NCBI GenBank assembly: GCA_030038655.1
Contig: JASHSP010000118.1
Span: 1-62,167 of the forward strand
Reading direction: 5' to 3'
Origin: Thermoplasmata archaeon
Lineage (GTDB): Archaea > Thermoplasmatota > Thermoplasmata > Lutacidiplasmatales > UBA184
Length of the DNA: 62,167 nt
Notes under the pieces: model-generated
What the model was told of the DNA's origin: nothing
The model's database searches: none
What the model saw: the letters and a program-made list of their open reading frames with translations, nothing else
Position numbers and translations under genes: made by a program
Shown here: positions 43,019 through 51,407 of the stretch, one piece after another
Numbering within the stretch: position 1 is the first letter of the stretch
Layout: every line of letters starts with the position of its first letter

Positions 43019-43117
43019 TCAGGGGATCCCGCCGCCGAGCTGGCCGTGGATGCCGAAGTAGGCCACGGCGATCCCGATCACGACCGCCACGACGAACGCC
43101 ACTACGACAAACCGCAT
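43019..43117 (-). CDS. Candidate 32-aa single-TM micropeptide
   Basis: Hand translation gives MRFVVVAFVVAVVIGIAVAYFGIHGQLGGGIP. GGTG lies ~6 nt upstream. It is on the same strand as, and similar in style to, 42845-42928. Confidence 0.3.
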   Translation of the reverse strand: MRFVVVAFVVAVVIGIAVAYFGIHGQLGGGIP

Positions 43118-43217
43118 CGGCACCGGCGCGTTGACCGGGGACTCGGACACCGGACCCTCGAGCGACGGGCCCTTCAAGAGACCATGGTTGGAACCGGCGT
43201 GGCCGCTCGGCGGCGCG

Positions 43218-44114
43218 TCAATCGGCCTTCGTCGCGGCGTGCTCCGCGCGCTTGGGAGCGGGATGCTTGGCCGCGCCCTTGTCGGCCTCCTCGGCGGGCT
43301 TCGCCCCGGCTTCGGCGGTTCCCTTCTCGGGGGGCGCCGCGGCGGCCTTGGCCTTCTTCGCCTCGGACGGCTTCGTCTCGGGGGGCGTGGTGTACTCCTC
43401 GACGTACTTGATCGCGGTCGGGTGGAGCTGAGACCGGAGCCGTTCGATCAGCCGGGCCTTGGCCGCGGAGTGCCACGCGAGGTCGAACTTCGACCGGTCG
43501 GGCACCGTGATCGTGAGCACCTTCTCGTGGAAGTGGACCTCGAAATCCTTTCCGCGTCCGTAGGTCAGCTCGATGAGGGCGCGCGCCTTAGCGGTGGGCT
43601 CCGCGATCGGCTCCACGACGGTGAACTTGGCCCTGACCTTCCGGCCGGCGAACGGGGGGTTGAAGTCCACGCGGACCCGCGCGGCGGTGTAGGTCACGAC
43701 GCGCCCGCGCCGACCACGGATCGTCAGGATCGTGCCGAGGTTGAGCTCGGCGTCGTCGCGCCGCATCTCGGGGAGCCGCTCGATCTCGTGCATGGAGAAC
43801 AGCTCGATGAGCCTCGGGTCGCGTTCGCCGAACGCCTCCGCCGGCGAGAACTCCCGCTCGACCTCCTTGCCGACCGGCGCGCTCTGGATCGCGCTCTCCA
43901 AGGCGCCCGGAAAATCGTCGCCGCCGAGAAGGTGCGGTCGGGGGCCGAACTCGAACCCCGCGGGCAATTCGAACGCGGCCCCTTCGGCCACCTTCGCGCG
44001 GGTCGTGTCGATGAGGTCCCATTTCCCGCCGGTCTCCGCCCACAGATCGTAGTCCAGCAGGACGAGGTCGCCGGACTTCGACGGGGCGCTCGAGGCCGCC
44101 GGATGCTCCGCCAT
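43218..44114 (-). CDS. FKBP-type peptidyl-prolyl cis-trans isomerase, long archaeal type with IF insert and Lys/Ala-rich tail
   Basis: The start is at the internal ATG at 44114, giving 298 aa: GDLVLLDYDLWAETGG...LLGGDDFPGALESAI...VDFNPPFAGR. GCCTTAAACC lies on the minus strand ~25-30 nt upstream. Confidence 0.85.
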   Translation of the reverse strand: MAEHPAASSAPSKSGDLVLLDYDLWAETGGKWDLIDTTRAKVAEGAAFELPAGFEFGPRPHLLGGDDFPGALESAIQSAPVGKEVEREFSPAEAFGERDPRLIELFSMHEIERLPEMRRDDAELNLGTILTIRGRRGRVVTYTAARVRVDFNPPFAGRKVRAKFTVVEPIAEPTAKARALIELTYGRGKDFEVHFHEKVLTITVPDRSKFDLAWHSAAKARLIERLRSQLHPTAIKYVEEYTTPPETKPSEAKKAKAAAAPPEKGTAEAGAKPAEEADKGAAKHPAPKRAEHAATKAD

Positions 44115-44332
44115 TGGGGGCGCGCAATCGAGGTGAGGTTTAAGGCTTTCCACCAGACGCGACGTCGCGCGGCGCCGTCCACGCCGGAAACCACTCCGAG
44201 CGCCGACGTTCTGTCCTGCGTCCGGCCCTCTGCCCCCTCGCACCGGCTCGGCCGAAGCGTCGGCGGCGGCCAAGCCTATATATGCGAGGGACCCCCTAAA
44301 CTCGCTCCGCCGCCACTCACGGACGTGATGGA

Positions 44333-44557
44333 ATGCGAACGTACGTCCGTATGTCGTTTCATTCGGAAGGAGCGGGTCCACTCAAGGTCCTCGAGGCCAT
44401 GCGGACCCTCGGGTTCGAGGAGTCGATGGGGTTGCACGATTTCGTCTACAAATGGAAGGAACCGACAACGATCGAAGATGTGGTCAAGTTCACCACCAAG
44501 ATGCACGAACGTCTGAAGGGTCTCGACGTCAGCTACGAGATCACGACCATCGCGTGA
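44333..44557 (+). CDS. Hypothetical small alpha/beta protein
   Basis: The 74-aa sequence is protein-like: MRTYVRMSFHSEGAGPLKVLEAMRTLGFEESMGLHDFVYKWKEPTTIEDVVKFTTKMHERLKGLDVSYEITTIA. A gcctatatatgcg box lies at 44274-44286. No family is recognised. Confidence 0.45.
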   Translation: MRTYVRMSFHSEGAGPLKVLEAMRTLGFEESMGLHDFVYKWKEPTTIEDVVKFTTKMHERLKGLDVSYEITTIA

Positions 44558-44572
44558 GCCGGGCGCGGTCCC

Positions 44573-44956
44573 ATGGTCAACGGGAACGTCGATCGCCTCG
44601 AGCGGACACTGCTCCTCCATCTGTTGGAGCACCGCGGCCAGCAGGTCCGTTTCGAGGCGTCCCAGTGGACGACCGAGTTCGGCATCCTGCGGCGGTTCGC
44701 CGACCACGACCCGTCGGCGTTGAAGGCGTCGCTGCGGGCGCTGGAGATGGCCCGCATGATCTACCTCCGCACGCAGTACGTGGTGGGGTTCTCGGAGCCG
44801 AAGCACGTCTATTCGCTCACGGCCGCCGGCCACCGCAAGGCGCTGGAGTACCGCCACGAAGACGGCGACCCCCCGACGTCGGAGGGGGAGCCGTCGTCGC
44901 CTCGCCGGGGGACCGAGTCGGGCGGAGGAAACCGCCGAGCTAAGTCGACCGCCTGA
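44573..44956 (+). CDS. Putative winged-helix DNA-binding protein
   Basis: The 127-aa sequence LERTLLLHLLEHRGQQV...FGILRRF...LRALEMARMIYLRTQYVVGFSEPKHVYSLTAAGHRKALEY fits a helix-turn-helix plus wing. The tail is disordered. Confidence 0.5.
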   Translation: MVNGNVDRLERTLLLHLLEHRGQQVRFEASQWTTEFGILRRFADHDPSALKASLRALEMARMIYLRTQYVVGFSEPKHVYSLTAAGHRKALEYRHEDGDPPTSEGEPSSPRRGTESGGGNRRAKSTA

Positions 44957-44963
44957 GCGCTCG

Positions 44964-45506
44964 ATGGTCGTCCTCGAGGGCCCGACCGTCCGGCTCCGCC
45001 CCATCCTTCCCGCAGACTGCCCGATGCTGTTCGATTGGTACAACGACCCGGACCTCGTCGCACCGTTCGACCGGTACACCACCGAAACGTACGACTCCTT
45101 CCTTCGGTCGGTCGCCGCGGCCGAGGGAGACCCGGGCTCCCTGGCCCCGCGGTTTGCGATCGAGCGGAGGACCGAACGGGATGTCGTAGGGCTGGTCGGG
45201 CATTACCGGGCCCACCCGGTGCTCGAGTACGTGGACGTCTGGTATCTGCTCGGGTCCCGCGAAGTCCGCGGGCACGGCCTGGGCCGCGAATCCGTCGGGC
45301 TCCTCGTGGACCATCTGCTCCGCACCGAAACGGTCGAGCGGATCGGGGCGACGTGCGACGTGGAGAACGTGCCGTCGAGCAAGCTCCTCGAGCGACTGGG
45401 GTTTCGCCGGGAGGGGACGATGCGCTCGGCGCTGTTCCACCACGGCCGGTGGCACGACGTCCACTTCTACGGGGTCACCCGGGCGGAGCGCTCGCCTCCA
45501 GGGTGA
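44964..45506 (+). CDS. GNAT N-acetyltransferase (RimJ/RimL-like)
   Basis: The sequence is VRLRPILPADCPMLFDWYNDPD...GHGLGRESVGLLVDHLL...NVPSSKLLERLGFRREG. Confidence 0.85.
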   Translation: MVVLEGPTVRLRPILPADCPMLFDWYNDPDLVAPFDRYTTETYDSFLRSVAAAEGDPGSLAPRFAIERRTERDVVGLVGHYRAHPVLEYVDVWYLLGSREVRGHGLGRESVGLLVDHLLRTETVERIGATCDVENVPSSKLLERLGFRREGTMRSALFHHGRWHDVHFYGVTRAERSPPG

Positions 45507-46224
45507 GGGCAAGGCGCGAGGCGCCGTCCGGCAACGGCAGCGGCGGGGCGAGCGTTACGGGGCCGAATTCGGCGGTCGAGCGCACGTGCGTTCCTCCGCA
45601 GGGGCAGACGTCGGCGCCCTCGATCTCCACCACCCGGACCGGGTCGACCTGCGCGGGCAGCGGAACCAGGCCCGAACGCTCGGACGCCGGGTTCCGGTCC
45701 CACTCGGCGCGCGGGACGTACCGTATGCGGACCTCCAGGGGGTCCTCGGCGGCCCGCGCCATGTCGCCGGCCAGGGGTTCGAGCACGCCGGGGGCGAGCG
45801 CCCCGTCGAGGTCCAGCGTCGCGCGGTTTCCGGACAGGTTCGCCTTGCGCGTTCTCAGGCCCGTCCGCGCGAAGACGCGTGCGCTCAGGAGGTGCTGGGC
45901 GCTGTGGAGCCGCATGTGGAGGTGTCGCCGCGGCCAGTCGATCGCGCCCTCGACCTCCGCCCCCAGGGCGAGCCGCGCGAGCGTGGCGGCCGGACCTTTG
46001 ACGCGGTGGACGACCGACGGCCCCGCCTTCGAGACGTCGACGACCTCGACCGACCCGTCCCCCTCGAACGCGATCGTGCCGCGGTCGCTCGGCTGGCCGC
46101 CGCCCGTCGGGTAAAAAAAGGTCCGGTCGAGGACCACGGCGCCCGGGGGGAGCGCCACGACCCGCGCGCGGAACGAGCGCACGTAGGCGTCGGAGATCGT
46201 GGCCAGGTATGCGAGCTCCGTCAC
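45475..46224 (-). CDS. alaX: Alanyl-tRNA editing protein AlaX
   Basis: It has the zinc/editing motifs HSAQHLLS and CPCGGTHV, and an N-terminal beta-barrel region (FYPTGGGQPSDRG). The start is GTG. Confidence 0.88.
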   Translation of the reverse strand: MTELAYLATISDAYVRSFRARVVALPPGAVVLDRTFFYPTGGGQPSDRGTIAFEGDGSVEVVDVSKAGPSVVHRVKGPAATLARLALGAEVEGAIDWPRRHLHMRLHSAQHLLSARVFARTGLRTRKANLSGNRATLDLDGALAPGVLEPLAGDMARAAEDPLEVRIRYVPRAEWDRNPASERSGLVPLPAQVDPVRVVEIEGADVCPCGGTHVRSTAEFGPVTLAPPLPLPDGASRLALTLEASAPPG

Positions 46225-46282
46225 CGGCGGAGCGAACCCCGCGGGAGGAAAACGGCTTTCGTTCTTCCGAGGATTCGGGCAA

Positions 46283-46294
46283 CCTTTTTAGAGG
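46283..46294 (+). promoter_or_regulatory. TATA-like box of the PCNA gene
   Basis: cctttttagagg ends 31 nt upstream of the ATG at 46326. Confidence 0.45.
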
Positions 46295-46325
46295 GGACCA
46301 GTGTGTCGCGCTCCGAGGTTCCTCG

Positions 46326-47057
46326 ATGTTCAAGCTCCGGCTCAAGATGGAGACGCTCCGGGAGGTCGTGGAGGTGGTCTCCACCCTCGTGAGCGAGGTC
46401 AAGCTCACGGTCTCCAAGGACGGGTTGGAAGCGAAGGCGGTGGACCCGTCGCACGTCGCGATGCTCGTGCTGAAGCTGCAGAAGGGGGTCTTCGAGGAGT
46501 TCACCGGCGAGCTCACCGAGATCGGCGTGGACGTGGAGAAGCTCAAGGAGGTCCTCCGGCTCTCGAAGCCCGGCGACGTCATCGACCTCCAGTTCGACGG
46601 GAAGAATCGGCTGGTCGCCTCGGTCGGCCGGATCACGCGCCAGATGGCCGTGGTCGACCCCGCGAGCATCACCGACCCGAAGGTGCCGAACGTGAGCCCT
46701 CCCGCCAGCGTGACCCTCAAGACGGAGGACATGCGGCAGGGGATCCGGGGCAGCGAGAGCTTCACCGACCACGTGACGCTCACGCTCGAGCCCGACGCGT
46801 TCACGATGCACTCCGAGGGCGACACGGACCGGCTCGATCTCCGGATCCCGAAGGACTCGCTCACCCGGCTCGACGTCAAGGAGGCGGTGAAGAGCATGTA
46901 CCCGCTCGATTTCTTCTCCGCGATGGTGAAGTCGATCGCCTCCGAGGAAACGACCCTGCACGTCGGGAACGAGTACCCCCTCAAGATCGAGTTCGCGGTG
47001 GGCGGCGGACGCGGCGACGGCCGCTACCTGCTCGCACCCCGGGTTGAAGAGGACTGA
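46326..47057 (+). CDS. pcn: DNA polymerase sliding clamp (PCNA)
   Basis: The start is at the internal ATG (aa 40 of the track ORF). The 243-aa sequence reads MFKLRLKMETLREVVEVVSTLVSEVKL...AVDPSHVAMLVLKL...YLLAPRVE. Confidence 0.93.
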   Translation: MFKLRLKMETLREVVEVVSTLVSEVKLTVSKDGLEAKAVDPSHVAMLVLKLQKGVFEEFTGELTEIGVDVEKLKEVLRLSKPGDVIDLQFDGKNRLVASVGRITRQMAVVDPASITDPKVPNVSPPASVTLKTEDMRQGIRGSESFTDHVTLTLEPDAFTMHSEGDTDRLDLRIPKDSLTRLDVKEAVKSMYPLDFFSAMVKSIASEETTLHVGNEYPLKIEFAVGGGRGDGRYLLAPRVEED

Positions 47058-47100
47058 CCCCGGGCTCCGCCGGGAGCCGACGCGATCGCCGCCCCGCGAC

Positions 47101-47110
47101 CTCTTAACCC
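47101..47110 (+). promoter_or_regulatory. TATA-like box of the thiolase gene
   Basis: ctcttaaccc ends 21 nt upstream of the ATG at 47132. Confidence 0.4.
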
Positions 47111-47131
47111 GCCCCACCGTTCCGAAGCGCG

Positions 47132-48334
47132 ATGACGCACCCCGCGGCGCCGGTCGCGATCCTCGCCGCGGCCCGGACGCCGATCGGCCGGTACGGCGGC
47201 TCGCTCCGCTCCGTCCGCGCCCCCGGCCTCGGGGTCGTGGCCGCCCGCGCGGCGATCGACCGCAGCGGGGTGAGGGCAAACGAGATCGAAGAGGTCCTGT
47301 TCGGCGAGGCCATCCAGGCCGGGGTCGGCCAGAACCCGGCGCGCCAGGTCCTGCGCGGCGCCTCGGTCCCGGACTCGGTCGGGGCGGCGACCGTCAACAT
47401 GGTTTGCGGCTCGGGCATGAAGTCCCTCCTGCTCGGGGTCAATGCGATCCGCGCCGGCGAGCACGACCGCGTCCTCGTCGGCGGCATGGAGAGCATGTCG
47501 AACGCCCCCTACCTCGTCGAGGGGTCGATGCGCTGGGGCAGCAACCCCGGACCGCACGTGCTGGACGACGCCATGCAGCGCGACTCGCTGATCGATGCCT
47601 ACGAGGAGCACGAGATCATGGGGCTCACCGGCGAGCGGGTCGCCCGGAAGCTCGGGCTGGACCGGGCGGCGGTCGACGCGTTCGGACTGCGGAGCCACCG
47701 GCGGGCCTCCGCCGCGGTCGCCGACGGCACGTTCGCCCGGGAGCTGGTCCCCGTGCCGGCGGAGCTCACGCCGGGCGGAACCGGGCTCGACCACGACGAG
47801 GCCCCCCGCGCGGACACGACCCTCGAGAAGCTCGCCCGCCTCAAGCCCGCGTTCGCCCCGGACGGGGTGTTGACCGCCGGCAACTCCTCGAAGTTGTCGG
47901 ACGGCGCCGCCGCGCTCGTCCTCGCGAGCGAGGAGGAGGTCCGGCGGCGCCGCGCGGCGCCGCTGGCCTGGGTCCATTCCACGGGCGAGGGCGGCGTCCA
48001 CCCGCGCGACGTCATGGAGGCGCCGATCCCGACCGTCCGTCGGCATCTCGAGAGGACCGGGTTCCAGCCGTCCGATTTCGATCGCGTCGAGCACAACGAG
48101 GCCTACGCCTCGGCGTCGCTCGCGGTCCAGCGTGCCTTCGGCTTCACGGAGGACCAGTTCAACGTCCACGGCGGAGCCATCGCCTTGGGCCACCCGATCG
48201 GCGCGAGCGGGGCGAGGATCGTCGTGTCGCTCGTCCACGAGCTCCTGCGGTCGAACGGCAAGCTCGGGCTCGCCACGCTGTGCATGGGCGGCGGCAACGG
48301 GTTGAGCGTAATCGTCAGCCGGGAACGGCCCTAG
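47132..48334 (+). CDS. Acetyl-CoA C-acetyltransferase (thiolase)
   Basis: The active-site Cys context is VNMVCGSGMKS. The C-terminal boxes are NVHGGAIALGHPIGASG and CMGGGNG. Confidence 0.93.
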   Translation: MTHPAAPVAILAAARTPIGRYGGSLRSVRAPGLGVVAARAAIDRSGVRANEIEEVLFGEAIQAGVGQNPARQVLRGASVPDSVGAATVNMVCGSGMKSLLLGVNAIRAGEHDRVLVGGMESMSNAPYLVEGSMRWGSNPGPHVLDDAMQRDSLIDAYEEHEIMGLTGERVARKLGLDRAAVDAFGLRSHRRASAAVADGTFARELVPVPAELTPGGTGLDHDEAPRADTTLEKLARLKPAFAPDGVLTAGNSSKLSDGAAALVLASEEEVRRRRAAPLAWVHSTGEGGVHPRDVMEAPIPTVRRHLERTGFQPSDFDRVEHNEAYASASLAVQRAFGFTEDQFNVHGGAIALGHPIGASGARIVVSLVHELLRSNGKLGLATLCMGGGNGLSVIVSRERP

Positions 48335-49548
48335 AGCAGCGGGATCCCGGTCCGCAGCTCGATCGCGTGGACCCACCGACGGGCGGCGATCCGCTCGCCC
48401 CGCGCAACCCGACCGGCCGCGTTCCGCCTCAGCTCCGCCGCGAACCGCGTCAGCCGCTGCACGACCCGGTCCGTCCGCAGCCCCTGGGCGAGGTCCCGCC
48501 GCGCCCCTTCGGAGAGGTCCCGGGCCCTCGACGACCCCCACGGTCCCCCGGCCCCGGGCGACAGCCAGCGGCGGATCGCCCGTCGGACCTCCCGGTACTC
48601 CTCGCCCGAGCGCGCGAGTTCCTTCTCGCGCCAGCCGAGCCGGTCCGTGTAGCGGGGCCGCAGGAGGAACCACCGTAGCGCCCCCGGACCGACGGCCGCG
48701 AGCGCCGCGCGGATCGGGACGAGGTTGCCGGTCGACTTCGACATCTTGGCGCCCTCTTGGAGGACGAACCCCGTGTGCAGGAACGTTCGGGAGAACCGCA
48801 CGCCGCCCAGCGCCAGGGCGATCTCGTTCCCGGCGTAATGGTGCGGGTAGATCAGGTCCCGCGCCCCACCGTGGAGGTCAACCGGGATGCCGAGCAGGCG
48901 GCGGGCCATCGAGTAGCACTCCAGGTGCCAGCCCGGGACGCCGCGACCCCACGGGCTGGGCCACGTCGGACCGGAACCCGCCTGGCGCTTCCAGACCAGG
49001 AAGGCGCGCTCCCCGCCGACCTTCGACGGGAACGGGTGTCCTCGTTCGGGCACGGCGTGCCGGGCGAGCTCCCGGCCGGTAGGGAAGTTCTCTCCCTCGG
49101 GACGTACGGGGGGCTCGTAGACCCACTCGTCGCCCGTCCGTCGGACCCGGCCGGTCCGTTCGAGCGCCCGGGCGACCCGGACCATCTCGGGGACGTAGTC
49201 GCTCGCCCGGGGCCGGCACTGCGGAGCGAGGATCCCGAGGCCCTCCAGGTCCCGGAAGAACGCCCGCTCCTCGCGGCGGGCCAGGGCGATCGAGCTGACC
49301 CCGAGCGCGCGCGCGCGCAGGTCGATCTTGTCCTCCACGTCGGTGACGTTCATCACGTGGCGCACGCGCAGACGCTCCCCCTCCAGGAACCGCCGGGCCA
49401 CGTCGAAGTAGAGGTACGTTCGCGCGTGCCCCACGTGGGCCGAGTCGTACACCGTCGGGCCGCAGACGTAGAGCGCCACGACGCCCTGGGGTCCGGGGCG
49501 TATCGTCCGCCATCCGCCCGAGAGGGAGTCCTCGAGGGCGAGCGGCAT
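48331..49548 (-). CDS. cysS: Cysteine--tRNA ligase
   Basis: The start is at the internal ATG at 49548 (aa 39 of the track ORF). The sequence is LYVCGPTVYDSAHVGHAR (HIGH-type)...WHLEC...KMSKSTGN. The protein is 405 aa. Confidence 0.9.
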   Translation of the reverse strand: MPLALEDSLSGGWRTIRPGPQGVVALYVCGPTVYDSAHVGHARTYLYFDVARRFLEGERLRVRHVMNVTDVEDKIDLRARALGVSSIALARREERAFFRDLEGLGILAPQCRPRASDYVPEMVRVARALERTGRVRRTGDEWVYEPPVRPEGENFPTGRELARHAVPERGHPFPSKVGGERAFLVWKRQAGSGPTWPSPWGRGVPGWHLECYSMARRLLGIPVDLHGGARDLIYPHHYAGNEIALALGGVRFSRTFLHTGFVLQEGAKMSKSTGNLVPIRAALAAVGPGALRWFLLRPRYTDRLGWREKELARSGEEYREVRRAIRRWLSPGAGGPWGSSRARDLSEGARRDLAQGLRTDRVVQRLTRFAAELRRNAAGRVARGERIAARRWVHAIELRTGIPLL

Positions 49549-49732
49549 GCCGGCGACCGGCGAACGCTCCCACTTAGCGCTTTGGGGAACGTCGTGCACC
49601 GGGGGCCCCGGCCGGCCACCGCGCCGAGGGCCCGGCGGACCGGACCGCCGCCGCATCGGCAACGGTAATTACCCCGCGGGGTCCAGAACGCGCGTCCGGC
49701 TCCCCGCGACCCGAGGCCCGGAATCCACCTCG

Positions 49733-51238
49733 ATGGCCGAAGCGCGCTCCTCCCGCCCCGACGTGCTCCTCATCGTACTCGACTGCGTCCGGTCGGACCT
49801 CTTCGAGGCGGAGGTGGCGCGACCCGATGCCCTGCCGTTCCTGCACTCCCTCCGGAGCCAGGTCGCCTCGTTTCCGAGGACGGCGAGCACTGCGAGCTGG
49901 ACGATCCCGGGCCACGCGAGCCTGTTCACGGGCCTCTATCCGTGGGATCACGGCGCCCACTGCCGGCTGGGCCCGATCCTGACGCGCGAGCCCGAGACGA
50001 TCGCGGAGTTCCTCCAGCGGGAAGGGTACGCCACGGGGTTCTTCTCCGCGAACTCGTACGTGCAGCCGTCGACCGGCTTGGCCCGCGGCTTCCAGGAGAC
50101 CCTCTGGGGCGGCGCCCGCGAGTTCTTCCTGCGGTTCGCCTCCATCCAGAAGGCCGGATGCCCGGACCTGGGGGGCCATCCGCTCACGCCGCTCCCCGCG
50201 TCGTCCCCGGGCGCACGGCCGTCCCCGCTGCGGGACCTGGCCATGAGCTCGCTGCCCCGGCTGCCGGCGGTCTGGGACGCCATGAACCGGACCGGCGGGA
50301 AGCTGCTCGGCACCTACGCGAAGGACATGCACGCGGTCTGCCCGTGGATCGAGCCCGAGCTCGACGGCTGGCTCGCCCGCCAGCGCCCGGACCAGCCGGT
50401 GTTCGCGTTCGTCAACCTGGTCGAGGCCCACGAACCCTACCTCGCCGACGGCGGTGACCCGGTGTCGGTCGGGCGATGGCTCTCCTACGCGCGGTCCGGA
50501 CAGGACTCGATCTCGTGGATCCGCGGCGCCTGGACCCCGTCGCCCCGCGAGGTCGCGTCGGTCCGAGCAGGGTACGTCCGCTCGCTTCGCACCCTCGACC
50601 GGCGGGTCCAGCAGATCGTGGAGCGGTTCGCGTCCCGGAGGGACTGGGACAACACGCTGTTCGTCCTGACGAGCGATCACGGCCAGGCGTTCCTCGAGCA
50701 GGACCTGTTGTACCATCGGTTCCGGGTCGACGAACCGATCGCCCGGATCCCGCTCTGGATCCGGTCGCCGGGCTCGGCCGTCACCGGCGCCCGGTCCGAC
50801 GAGTGGGCGAGCCTCGTGGACGTGCCGCGCACGATCGCCGCGCGCTTGGGCCGAACGTCGTTCGGCGACGCGGGCTCCCGCGACCTGCTCGACCCGGCTT
50901 CCGCCAGCGAGGGGACCGCGGTCTACTGCATGACCGACGGCATGCCCGCGGGCGAGGAACGCGGTGTGGACGAGGCCCGCCGGCATCTGCTGGACCGGCT
51001 CGAGGTGGCGGCGTACCGGGGCAACGTTAAGGCGGTCGCGGGCGAGGTCGGCGACCCGTCCTCCTATCGGGTCTCCGCCGAGGCCGTCGGGGTCCCGACG
51101 CGCCTCGCGGGAGACAGCGCGGAGCCCGCCGCCGTCATCGAGCTGGCTCGCGCCGCGATCGACCTGGCCCGGGCCCGGATCTCCTCCCGGGCGTACCACG
51201 GCTCCGTCGAACACCGGATCGCCGGCTGGGGATACTGA
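49733..51238 (+). CDS. Sulfatase-like (alkaline-phosphatase superfamily) hydrolase/transferase
   Basis: The start is at the internal ATG at 49733 (aa 63 of the track ORF). The sequence is DVLLIVLDCVRSD...STASWTIPGHASLFTGLYPWDHG...LTSDHGQAF. The usual C/S-x-P-x-R formylglycine motif is replaced by T-I-P-G-H. Confidence 0.8.
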   Translation: MAEARSSRPDVLLIVLDCVRSDLFEAEVARPDALPFLHSLRSQVASFPRTASTASWTIPGHASLFTGLYPWDHGAHCRLGPILTREPETIAEFLQREGYATGFFSANSYVQPSTGLARGFQETLWGGAREFFLRFASIQKAGCPDLGGHPLTPLPASSPGARPSPLRDLAMSSLPRLPAVWDAMNRTGGKLLGTYAKDMHAVCPWIEPELDGWLARQRPDQPVFAFVNLVEAHEPYLADGGDPVSVGRWLSYARSGQDSISWIRGAWTPSPREVASVRAGYVRSLRTLDRRVQQIVERFASRRDWDNTLFVLTSDHGQAFLEQDLLYHRFRVDEPIARIPLWIRSPGSAVTGARSDEWASLVDVPRTIAARLGRTSFGDAGSRDLLDPASASEGTAVYCMTDGMPAGEERGVDEARRHLLDRLEVAAYRGNVKAVAGEVGDPSSYRVSAEAVGVPTRLAGDSAEPAAVIELARAAIDLARARISSRAYHGSVEHRIAGWGY

Positions 51239-51372
51239 GCTCGCGACCCCGTACCGGCGCGACGGCCCCACGGGGGCCGGGACGGAGAACCTCACCGGTG
51301 CGTGAGGCGCGGGGTCCTCGTTGGGTCCGACCGCGGCGGGGGCGGGCCGGCGGGGGATCGCCGGGCACCCAC

Positions 51373-51387
51373 GCGATATATAGGCCC
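51373..51387 (+). promoter_or_regulatory. TATA box of the epimerase/glycosyltransferase genes
   Basis: gcgatatataggccc ends 20 nt upstream of the ATG at 51408. Confidence 0.5.
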
Positions 51388-51407
51388 GAGGGGGAGAGTC
51401 CCCCGCG

